Origin: Candidatus Saccharimonadales bacterium
GTDB taxonomy: Bacteria > Patescibacteriota > Saccharimonadia > Saccharimonadales > JAYRRP01
NCBI GenBank assembly: GCA_041906765.1
Contig: JAYRIP010000001.1
Span: 13,061-77,060 of the forward strand
Length of the DNA: 64,000 bases
Direction: 5' to 3'
Under the pieces are notes generated by a model that saw only the letters and a list, made by a program, of their open reading frames with translations, had not been told where the DNA came from and ran no database searches. This document shows positions 1 to 8,026 of the stretch, piece by piece (position 1 is the first letter of the stretch; each line of letters opens with the position of its first letter). A program made the translations under genes and the position numbers.

Positions 1-30
1 TGCCCATGTCCCTAAGGATACTTGATATGT

Positions 31-52
31 TAAGTGTTGAAGTTTACACTTA
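31..52. promoter_or_regulatory. Perfect 7-bp inverted repeat TAAGTGT-N8-ACACTTA just upstream of the MarR start; candidate autoregulatory operator
   Basis: The two arms at 31-37 and 46-52 are exact reverse complements and sit 7 nt before the TTG start at 59. MarR regulators commonly bind palindromes in their own promoters. Confidence 0.3.
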
Positions 53-58
53 TTACTA

Positions 59-541
59 TTGAAAACACTTCGACCTACAAGCAATATCGGCTATCTTATA
101 AACCATCTGGCTTTTGTGCTCAGTAAGCAGTCGGACCAGATTTTGCAGGAACGGCTTGGCGTTGGGTTTTCACAGTTTAAGATACTGATGATTCTGCAGT
201 GGCGGCCAAACATACAGCAAAAGGAAATTGCTGACAGCCTGGGCCAGACCGAAGCCAGCATTAGCCGTCAAATTAGGCTGTTGCACGAGAAGGGATTGCT
301 GCGCACTATGATTAACAGGCGAAACAAACGCGAGCACATTACTACCCTCACCCTCAAGGGAGAGCGTTTTGCTACAGAAGCTTTACAGGTGCTGGATCGT
401 TACCACGCGCCGGTATTTGAGTCGCTGAGCGACAAGGAAAGGCAGAAGCTTCTTGAGAGTCTACGGCGTATGCACCAAACAGCCTGTGTCGCTTCTCCAA
501 CCGGTTCATGTCACCGTTTCCTCTCTTCTGAAGAAACCTGA
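59..541 (+). CDS. MarR-family transcriptional regulator
   Basis: 160 aa. Winged-helix region QKEIADSLGQTEASISRQIRLLHEKGLL...RRNKREHITTLTLKG is typical of MarR. Confidence 0.8.
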   Translation: MKTLRPTSNIGYLINHLAFVLSKQSDQILQERLGVGFSQFKILMILQWRPNIQQKEIADSLGQTEASISRQIRLLHEKGLLRTMINRRNKREHITTLTLKGERFATEALQVLDRYHAPVFESLSDKERQKLLESLRRMHQTACVASPTGSCHRFLSSEET

Positions 542-567
542 GTGGTATTTATTTTTTAACGTGATTA

Positions 568-576
568 TGGTATAAT
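568..576 (+). promoter_or_regulatory. Extended -10 promoter element (TGgTATAAT) for the tmRNA gene
   Basis: tggtataat at 568-576, 9 nt upstream of the GGGGCUG tmRNA 5' end. Confidence 0.5.
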
Positions 577-585
577 CTTAATTAT

Positions 586-977
586 GGGGCTGAAATTATA
601 TGCTCGACGCCAGTTCTTTATCGGTTAGATCAGCAGGTCGCTTGTCAGCGTTATAGGCAACTACAAGTAGATGCAAAAACATCACTTCGCGATCGCTTAG
701 CTGCTTTGAATCCGTTCAAACAGTTGGCATTCGCACCAGCCGTAGCCTAAGTTGCTTCGGCCATGCGTTGTGCGACACCAGATAGTGCAAATGCGTGCCA
801 TATTTTCTGGTTGCGTAAGTCCTCTGTCCATAGGATTTATTAAGAAATCAGGACTTTGAAAGCCGACTTTTTGACCGTTTACCGGCCGGTTTTCGAGACA
901 TTCTAAACGGTCTATGCCTGTAGACGACTAACTAGATAAACTAGCGGACGCGGGGGCAGTACCCGCCAGCTCCACCA
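586..977 (+). ncRNA. ssrA: tmRNA (SsrA)
   Basis: The 5' end GGGGCTGAAATTATATGCTCGACG and the 3' end GGACGCGGGGGCAGTACCCGCCAGCTCCACCA match the tmRNA tRNA-like domain. The acceptor strands GGGGCTG and CAGCTCC pair, and there is a T-arm and an encoded CCA. A candidate tag frame at 673-747 ends ...QLAFAPAVA, followed by TAA at 748-750. Confidence 0.9.
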
Positions 978-1156
978 AAGAAAGTACCTCCCTTGAAAAG
1001 TGGGGTTTTTTCTTTGGTAAAGTTTGTTAGGTGGGGACTGCCCCGAGAGGGTGAGGATTGCCAGTGGCAATCTGCAAGATTTCAGATACAAACTGGTTTG
1101 TAATATGTAAATTTCTGAACAAGTTGCGAAGCAACGTGTACCCGCCAGCTCCACCA
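959..1156 (+). repeat. 19-nt direct repeat of the tmRNA 3' end (GTACCCGCCAGCTCCACCA at 959-977 and 1138-1156) bracketing a 160-nt hairpin-rich spacer
   Basis: The two copies are identical by direct reading. Identity starts inside the T-loop and ends at CCA. The spacer holds hairpins at 1055-1071 (gattgcc agt ggcaatc), about 1085-1102 (tacaaa ctgg tttgta) and 1123-1135 (gttgc gaa gcaac). Confidence 0.85.
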
Positions 1157-1197
1157 TAAGAGATTTTCGATCAATTCGAAGGTTTTTGTTAATTCAG

Positions 1198-1226
1198 TTG
1201 ACGTCCATTAAATATTATGCTAATAT
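1198..1226 (+). promoter_or_regulatory. Sigma-70-like promoter (TTGACG-N17-TAATAT) upstream of the DEAD-box helicase gene
   Basis: Near-consensus hexamers with 17-nt spacing, about 100 nt upstream of the ATG at 1324. Confidence 0.5.
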
Positions 1227-1323
1227 ATATGCATTGTTTTAAATGAATCCGGGTTGTTTGCACGTTACTCGACTTCATAGCCGACAATTAACGTAACAAC
1301 TAACCGACAGGATTCTTTTTTTA

Positions 1324-2514
1324 ATGTCTTATTACAAATACCGTTCGAGTATCAAGCCTTACGATAGGAAGCGCCAAAATATTCGTGCCAAACTACCAAA
1401 AGGCGCTCAATATATCGATCCGGCTCGTTTTGTGCAAGCCGCCAAGCCTGTAGCTGAAGCCAAGGCTTATCAACCGAATCATATCTTTAACGACTTTGAG
1501 ATCAATGACTTACTCAAGCGCAACTTAGCCACTAAGGGCTATCAAACTCCTTCCCCTATTCAAGACCAAACTATTCCAGTGGCGTTAGGTGGCCAGGATG
1601 TTATCGGTATCGCCAACACCGGTACCGGCAAAACAGCTGCTTTTGCCATACCGATTTTACAGCGTTTAATGACCGTCAGCTCAGCCCGGGCACTGATAGT
1701 TGTCCCAACTCGCGAACTAGCCCAGCAAATCGAGGCCGAATTGAAGTCCATCGCCAAAGGTAGCGGCCTTTTTGGAACGGTTCTAATTGGCGGAGCTAAC
1801 ATAGGCCCTCAGCTACGTGACTTGCGTAGCAACCCTAACGTTATCATCGGCACGCCTGGTCGAATAAAAGACCACTTAGAGCGCGGCACATTGAATCTAT
1901 CCGGCTTCAACCTAGTCGTATTGGACGAAGTTGATCGCATGCTAGACATGGGCTTTGTGAACGACGTCCGACACATTCTGGGTCAGCTATCTACCACTCG
2001 CCAATCCTTCTTCTTCAGCGCTACTATGGATGCTCGCGTAACTAGCTTGATCCAGACTTTTGCCAAAGATCCAGTCACTGTTTCGCTCAAAACCGGCATC
2101 GCCACTGATAGTGTCCATCAGGATGTTATCCATTACGGCAGCACAACCGAAAAGCTCGATAAATTGCACGACGTTTTAATCAACAAAGAGGCTTCCAAAG
2201 TTATTGTTTTTGATGAAACTCAACGGAATGTTGAGGGGCTCAGCAAAGAGTTGGCCAGCCGCGGTTTTGATACCGCCGCTATCCATGGCGGTAAGTCGCA
2301 AGGGCAACGACAACGAGCTTTGAATCGTTTCAAGAATAGTGAGATTGATATACTGGTGGCAACTGATGTAGCCGCCCGTGGCATAGATGTGGCCGATATT
2401 ACCCACGTCATTAACTATTCACAGCCAAAAACTTACGACGATTACATTCACCGTATTGGCAGGACTGGACGAGCTGGCAAGATTGGCTACGCCCTTACTT
2501 TTGTCGCACGTTAA
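1324..2514 (+). CDS. DEAD-box ATP-dependent RNA helicase (DEVD variant)
   Basis: Motifs ANTGTGKTAAF (I), VLDEVDRML (II), FSATM (III) and HRIGRTGRAG (VI). Confidence 0.9.
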   Translation: MSYYKYRSSIKPYDRKRQNIRAKLPKGAQYIDPARFVQAAKPVAEAKAYQPNHIFNDFEINDLLKRNLATKGYQTPSPIQDQTIPVALGGQDVIGIANTGTGKTAAFAIPILQRLMTVSSARALIVVPTRELAQQIEAELKSIAKGSGLFGTVLIGGANIGPQLRDLRSNPNVIIGTPGRIKDHLERGTLNLSGFNLVVLDEVDRMLDMGFVNDVRHILGQLSTTRQSFFFSATMDARVTSLIQTFAKDPVTVSLKTGIATDSVHQDVIHYGSTTEKLDKLHDVLINKEASKVIVFDETQRNVEGLSKELASRGFDTAAIHGGKSQGQRQRALNRFKNSEIDILVATDVAARGIDVADITHVINYSQPKTYDDYIHRIGRTGRAGKIGYALTFVAR

Positions 2515-2525
2515 ATGGAGTATTT

Positions 2526-4355
2526 ATGATTGTTGCTACCCAAGATCCAAATAAAATCCGAAATATTGCGATTATTGCCCATGTCGATCACGGTAAAACC
2601 ACTTTGGTTGATGGACTTTTAAAACAGTCTAAGATCTTCCGCGATAACCAGGCTGAGATGAGCCAGGAATTGATTATGGATAGTGGCGATCAAGAGCGCG
2701 AGCGAGGAATTACAATCACTGCCAAGGTTACTGCAGTGCAGTTCAAGGATAACCGGATAAACATTATCGACACCCCTGGCCACGCTGATTTTAGCGGCGA
2801 GGTCGAACGAACACTAAATATGGCGGATGGGTGTCTGCTAATTGTTGACGCCCAAGAGGGCCCAATGCCACAAACAAAGTTTGTTCTGAGTAAGGCTCTG
2901 GCTTATGGACTGAAGCCGATAGTTATTATCAACAAGATAGATAAGACTGGCTCCAGGATCAAAGAGGTGGAAGATGAAATTGCAGATCTTTTCTTGGAAC
3001 TAGCTGTGCATGAAGATCAATTGCATTACCCAGTTTATTATGCCGTTGGGCGTAGCGGTAAGGCTTGGAGTTCTATGCCTGCAAATACTGAGGCTAATGC
3101 AAATTTATCAATTGTTTTTGATGCAATTATTAAGTACACACCAGCGCCAAAAATTGAACCAGGCAAACCCTTTCAAATGTTGGTTACTGCTCTAGCCTGG
3201 GATAGCTTTAGGGGCAAATATGCTATCGGTCGTATTACTCGTGGAACGGTTTTGCCCCGTACGACAATAACTATATGCAAAAAAGACGGCACAAAGATTA
3301 AAGCTAAAGTTGATAGTATTTATATGAGCCACGGCTTAAACAAATTTGAAGTGTCAATAGGCGTAGCTGGTGATATTGTCCAACTAACAGGACTTGAGGA
3401 AGCCCAGATTGGTGAGACAATTGCTGATATTACTAACCCTGAAGCCTTGCCGGTAATAGAAGTTGAAGCGCCAACTCTTAAAATTTATCTGGGACCTAAT
3501 TCTTCACCCTTCAAAGGTACTGAGGGTAAATTTACGACCAGTCGCCAAATTGGCGAGCGCTTGCAAAAAGAACTGGAAACTAATGTGGGTCTCAAGGTTG
3601 TTGAGGACGGTATAGGCTTTTTAGTATCTGGTCGCGGTGAATTACATTTAAGTGTACTGATTGAAACACTGCGCCGAGAGGGTTTTGAATTTGAAGTTGG
3701 CCGCCCGCAAGCGGTTATTAAAGAAGAAAACGGTCAAAAATTGGAACCGATTGAAGAGTTAATTGTAGAAGTACCAGCTGAGCACGTTGGTACCGTTCAG
3801 ATGGAACTAGGTGCACGCCGGGCCATCCTGCAAGAACAATTCGCTGGTAATAAAAATTTAACTAAGTTGGTCTACAAACTGCCTACTCGTACCCAGCTAG
3901 GATTGCGCAATATTTTAATGACCAATACCAAAGGCACGGTAATTATGAACTCGCTGATGGTTGGTTACGAAGCGTTAGGCCCCGCACTTCAACAGTTACG
4001 AAATGGCGTCATAATATCTTATGAAACTGGCGTCACAACGCCTTATGCTCTGCAGGCCGTAGAAGACAGGGGCATTTCTTTTGTAGGTCCAGCTCAGAAA
4101 GTCTATGCTGGTCAAATAGTTGGGCTTAATAAACGACGAGATGATGTAGAAATGAATGTCTGCAAAGCAAAGCACCTAACCAATATGCGCAGTTCGAGTA
4201 GTGACGGTGTAGTCCAGTTGACTCCTCCAACTATCTTCAGCCTAGAAGAATGTCTCGATTTTATTGAGAACGATGAACTGCTAGAGGTTACGCCTAAGTC
4301 TTTACGACTGCGCAAGCAAGAGCTAGATCCTAACAAACGCAAACGCATCAACTGA
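2526..4355 (+). CDS. typA: Translational GTPase TypA/BipA
   Basis: 609 aa with AIIAHVDHGKTTLVD, DTPGHADF and NKIDK G-motifs. Length and C-terminal domains are EF-G-like, as in BipA. Confidence 0.9.
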   Translation: MIVATQDPNKIRNIAIIAHVDHGKTTLVDGLLKQSKIFRDNQAEMSQELIMDSGDQERERGITITAKVTAVQFKDNRINIIDTPGHADFSGEVERTLNMADGCLLIVDAQEGPMPQTKFVLSKALAYGLKPIVIINKIDKTGSRIKEVEDEIADLFLELAVHEDQLHYPVYYAVGRSGKAWSSMPANTEANANLSIVFDAIIKYTPAPKIEPGKPFQMLVTALAWDSFRGKYAIGRITRGTVLPRTTITICKKDGTKIKAKVDSIYMSHGLNKFEVSIGVAGDIVQLTGLEEAQIGETIADITNPEALPVIEVEAPTLKIYLGPNSSPFKGTEGKFTTSRQIGERLQKELETNVGLKVVEDGIGFLVSGRGELHLSVLIETLRREGFEFEVGRPQAVIKEENGQKLEPIEELIVEVPAEHVGTVQMELGARRAILQEQFAGNKNLTKLVYKLPTRTQLGLRNILMTNTKGTVIMNSLMVGYEALGPALQQLRNGVIISYETGVTTPYALQAVEDRGISFVGPAQKVYAGQIVGLNKRRDDVEMNVCKAKHLTNMRSSSSDGVVQLTPPTIFSLEECLDFIENDELLEVTPKSLRLRKQELDPNKRKRIN

Positions 4356-4432
4356 GACGAACATAATTGATTTTGGATGTTTATTTTGCTCATGCTTGCA
4401 TAGAGACATTGAAGTTTTACAATGTACTTATT

Positions 4433-4768
4433 ATGCCTGAAGGTGAGCCCCCGATTGTACCTGAAGAAGTGTCAGAGGTAGATTCTAGCTCTCTTGACTG
4501 GCAAGAATCTGCCAACTGTATCAATAAAGATCCGGATATCTTTTTTCCAGAAAGAGGTGCAAGCACGAAAGAAGCTAAGGCAATCTGTAAGGAATGTGAT
4601 GTACGGGAAGAATGTCTTGAGTATGCTTTTAAAAACGGCGAAAGGCGTGGGATTTGGGGTGGAACGAGTGAACGTGAGCGTCGTCAGATAAGAAAGCAAC
4701 GTGCCATACTACGTACTGCAGCCCGGCGGGCAATAAGGGAAAGTGAGCTTAGTCCCCTAGAGTCATAG
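4433..4768 (+). CDS. WhiB-like (Wbl) Fe-S transcription factor
   Basis: The four-Cys pattern C-x22-C-x2-C-x5-C (CINKD...CKECDVREEC), the GIWGG turn and an Arg-rich C-terminal tail are Wbl hallmarks. I place the start at ATG 4433 (MPEGEPP), because the upstream part of the ORF overlaps a promoter-like AT-rich region. Confidence 0.8.
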   Translation: MPEGEPPIVPEEVSEVDSSSLDWQESANCINKDPDIFFPERGASTKEAKAICKECDVREECLEYAFKNGERRGIWGGTSERERRQIRKQRAILRTAARRAIRESELSPLES

Positions 4769-4804
4769 GAGACACAAAATACGCTTGTGCTACTATTTAG
4801 GCAC

Positions 4805-5113
4805 ATGGACGAGAAACCAGTACAACCAGTGAACAGCAATGCTCCCAAAGAAAAGGACGAAAAGTATGCAGCGGCACTGGTGCAAATGGCGAATCTAGAT
4901 TATGAAATGCAGCAAAAGCAGAAACCGCCAACCAAGCATTTTATCTCGAAGAAACTCTTAATATATCTCGCAATTTCTACAATTATGAGCATCATTTTTT
5001 ATGCAGCCTATGCAATTGCAAATCGGGGCAAACCCGACCAAGGCCAAAAAGCTGAACAAAAAGCTCAGGAAATATTAAAAGATTACAAAGAGATGCAACA
5101 GTATAATCAATAG
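4805..5113 (+). CDS. Hypothetical single-pass membrane protein
   Basis: ORF with one hydrophobic helix (LLIYLAISTIMSIIFYAAYAI). No recognised domain. Confidence 0.5.
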   Translation: MDEKPVQPVNSNAPKEKDEKYAAALVQMANLDYEMQQKQKPPTKHFISKKLLIYLAISTIMSIIFYAAYAIANRGKPDQGQKAEQKAQEILKDYKEMQQYNQ

Positions 5114-5127
5114 CTTCGTTCGCTAGG

Positions 5128-5553
5128 TTAGCGACGTACTCGCGGTATACGCGAAATAACTACAGAATACACTGTTGCCATAATAGCGATAAGGTGCAGA
5201 TTGAAGCCAATTGCCATACCAATCCCGGCTGAAAACCAGATGCTGGCAGCTGTCGTTACGTTGACGACTTTACCGGAATTTTTTGATCGTAAAATAATGC
5301 CTGCGCCTAAGAAACCGATACCAGTGACAATTTGAGCAGCGATACGAGTGGGATCACCTACGCCTAAATCATGCGAGAGGAAAGCAAATATCATGGAACC
5401 ACCAACCACTAATGTTTGTGTACTGACACCGGCAGGCTTGCGCTTCAATTCTCTTTCCAGCCCAATGGCTAACCCACAAGCCATGGAGACTAGCAAGTTA
5501 AATAAAAACTGCAATTCGTGTGCGCCGAGCCTGAAGTGCAGATAACTATTCAT
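5128..5553 (-). CDS. MgtC/SapB-family membrane protein
   Basis: 141 aa. GLAIGLERELKRKPAGVSTQTLV and GIGFLGAGIILR are typical of the MgtC N-terminal domain. Confidence 0.8.
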   Translation of the reverse strand: MNSYLHFRLGAHELQFLFNLLVSMACGLAIGLERELKRKPAGVSTQTLVVGGSMIFAFLSHDLGVGDPTRIAAQIVTGIGFLGAGIILRSKNSGKVVNVTTAASIWFSAGIGMAIGFNLHLIAIMATVYSVVISRIPRVRR

Positions 5554-5589
5554 TACGGTTTAGTATAACTCATCCAAGATCATTAATAT

Positions 5590-5991
5590 TCAACGTCGGA
5601 CATTGAGAGAGAGTCCCATAATGACGAATGCTACTATAAAGAAAACGACTTGCAGAGGATTAAAACCTATCAATAGTATCTGGTAGGTAAGCCAAGCGGT
5701 AAGCAGCACACCAATAGTAAATGCCACCAACCACGCATGACGTTCACCTATCCATATCTCGAAACTGGTAGCAAGCGGAATGAGACCAAGAATACCAAGC
5801 AGGAACAAACCAGGCCAAAAGTAACTGTGGACGGGCGCACTCTTTAAAAGTGTTGGTGATAGGTGTAAAACTCCAGCCGTATGCGTGTTGCTGACCATTG
5901 CCAAGCCCCCGGTAATTCCACATAGACCTAAGAAAATCAATACCCCCATAAGTAGAAATGTTTGTGTCCGGTATGATTGGAAATTTGGCAT
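5590..5991 (-). CDS. Hypothetical 4-TM membrane protein
   Basis: 133 aa, four hydrophobic segments, no recognised motif. Confidence 0.55.
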   Translation of the reverse strand: MPNFQSYRTQTFLLMGVLIFLGLCGITGGLAMVSNTHTAGVLHLSPTLLKSAPVHSYFWPGLFLLGILGLIPLATSFEIWIGERHAWLVAFTIGVLLTAWLTYQILLIGFNPLQVVFFIVAFVIMGLSLNVRR

Positions 5992-6082
5992 AAGGTATCT
6001 CCTTAAAACTCATTATGCCATATTTAAAATGCCCGTGCTTGGGTTGACGTAACCAGCTCACAGCTCTAGGCTGGATAGTAAG

Positions 6083-7369
6083 ATGTTACAAAAAGCTAAA
6101 CAGAAGGCTAAGTCTGTTGCTGAAAAGGCCCGCTTGTTAATCGGTCAGGGTGAAGTGCATTTGCATGGACATGAAGTCGAAACGGCAAGGGAATATATCG
6201 CCGCGTATTGGGAAAAATTGAAGCGCTATCATCCAAAAGATGACGAAACACTGCTCGGCTTGCCTGAGCCTTATCTTGTTCCTGCCTTTGAAGCCGGACA
6301 TGAGTTCGACTTTAATGAGATGTACTACTGGGATAGTTACTTCATGGTTCAGGGCATGCTGGATCGTGAGCATCAGGAACTAGTGACAGGTATCCTCACT
6401 AATTTGCTGGACTTACAGCGTCGCTTTAAGGCTATACCCAACGCATCACGAACCTATCTGACTGGACGCTCGCAACCACCATTTCTGACCAGTTTTATTC
6501 TTGATGTCTATGACGTATATCAACCTGGCGAAAAGTGGCTGCGCACTGCCATGGAACGGGCTCGTGATGAATATGAAAAGGTTTGGATGGGTACCGCAAA
6601 GCCGAACTGGCGGCAAGTCTATCGGGGCTTGAGCCGCTACTATGACATCAATATGTTGCATGATCTTGCTGAAGCAGAAAGCGGTTGGGACATGACACCT
6701 CGCTTCAACCGGAAGGCGTTGAATTACTTACCGGTAGATTTGAATAGTTTGCTCTACAAATATGAAATGGATTTTTCCCGGGCGGAACGGATTTTTGGCA
6801 ACGGCGTAAAGGCTGACGAGTGGGAACAGATGGCAGCTGCCCGCAAACAGACCATGAATGAACTAATGTGGAGCAATAACCGCAATTTGTTTTATGACTA
6901 TAATTTCGTTAAGGAAAAACGTGGCACAGTGAGCTCATTGGCGGCGTACTTCCCCATGTGGGCAGGGCTTGCTACTGACCAACAGGCCAAAGAACTGGTA
7001 AAAAATCTCAAGAAATTTGAATTTAAAGGTGGCTTGGGTACGACAGACCAGCAATTGAACCAACGCCTTCCAGGAACTTTACCAGGTTCTATGCCAACCC
7101 AATGGGCATATCCTAACGGTTGGGCGCCTCTGCATTTTATCGTGATTAAAGGTTTGCAACGGTATGGCTACACGCAGGATGCACGCCGTATCGCGCTAAA
7201 GTGGCTTAATACTAACTTGAGCTGGTTTGAAAGACACCATGTTTTTTTGGAGAAGTACAACGTAGTTTCACCAGATAAACCACCACTGAAAGGGGTGTAT
7301 CCTTCGCAGACTGGCTTTGGCTGGACGAACGCAGTATTTGAGCGGCTCTGCCGAGAATATATAGACTAA
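6083..7369 (+). CDS. Trehalase (glycoside hydrolase family 37)
   Basis: GH37 signatures FNEMYYWDSYF and QWAYPNGWAPL, plus QPPFLTSF and ESGWDMTPRF. Confidence 0.85.
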   Translation: MLQKAKQKAKSVAEKARLLIGQGEVHLHGHEVETAREYIAAYWEKLKRYHPKDDETLLGLPEPYLVPAFEAGHEFDFNEMYYWDSYFMVQGMLDREHQELVTGILTNLLDLQRRFKAIPNASRTYLTGRSQPPFLTSFILDVYDVYQPGEKWLRTAMERARDEYEKVWMGTAKPNWRQVYRGLSRYYDINMLHDLAEAESGWDMTPRFNRKALNYLPVDLNSLLYKYEMDFSRAERIFGNGVKADEWEQMAAARKQTMNELMWSNNRNLFYDYNFVKEKRGTVSSLAAYFPMWAGLATDQQAKELVKNLKKFEFKGGLGTTDQQLNQRLPGTLPGSMPTQWAYPNGWAPLHFIVIKGLQRYGYTQDARRIALKWLNTNLSWFERHHVFLEKYNVVSPDKPPLKGVYPSQTGFGWTNAVFERLCREYID

Positions 7370-7446
7370 TTGGCATATTTTGGGCAGTGGTTTGGACGTC
7401 TTGATTTGTCAAAAAAATTGACAAAATTTAAGTTTAATCTTTAACA

Positions 7447-7976
7447 TTGTTTATGCACGAATCTACGCCTTTTGATACTGCTAACTACATCAATAAACTT
7501 CAAAACCAGTTAGCATATATTAAAAACATCTACACGATTGAACGCTCAGACGTAGTCGACTTTCAGAGGTGGTTGCACAGCCCAGAGCAGACGGTTGCCT
7601 ATTTAGATATTGAAGGAACCAGCCCCACAATAACCAATCACTTGTCGGATGTAACATACAAAATACAAGGGGGCGAGGGTAGGATGCTAACGAATCATCC
7701 ATAACAAACCTGCAAGCTGGCACAGAAGTAACAATTTTTAAAGGTCATCAATACAGGTATAGCGGAGAATTTGATGCTGTACTAGAAGCTAGACCTGGTT
7801 TAGACAGCAGATTTGTAACTTTTCGAGGTAGTAAGCTTGGAAGAAAAGAAGCCAAAGAGTTAAAGCAGATACAGGGTGAGCGGCCTGGGTATATGAGAGC
7901 AATTGCCAAAATGCTCAATTTTGCTCTTGAGGCTGTTGAGCTTACTAATCCACACACCAAAGACGGATACCAATAA
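7447..7976 (+). pseudogene. Hypothetical gene apparently split by a -1 frameshift (ORF 7447-7704 plus a start-less protein-like frame 7683-7976)
   Basis: The frame 7683-7976 reads DANESSITNLQAGTEVTIFKGHQYRYSGEFDAVLEARPG...HTKDGYQ*. It has no ATG/GTG/TTG start that would give at least 60 aa. It overlaps the end of the 85-aa ORF in the -1 frame. Confidence 0.35.
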
Positions 7977-8026
7977 GAGCAAGAGCGGTTGGACTTAATG
8001 GTCAATAAAGGTAGACTAGTAAAGTT

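Noticed and set aside
912-1157. 81-aa minus-strand ORF covering the tmRNA 3' end and the 160-nt spacer
   Set aside because: It overlaps a confidently identified tmRNA and a hairpin-rich non-coding spacer. Its composition is odd (W/L/R-rich), and it has no similarity to the analogous ORF across the tRNA-Gly module, even though the DNA is homologous.
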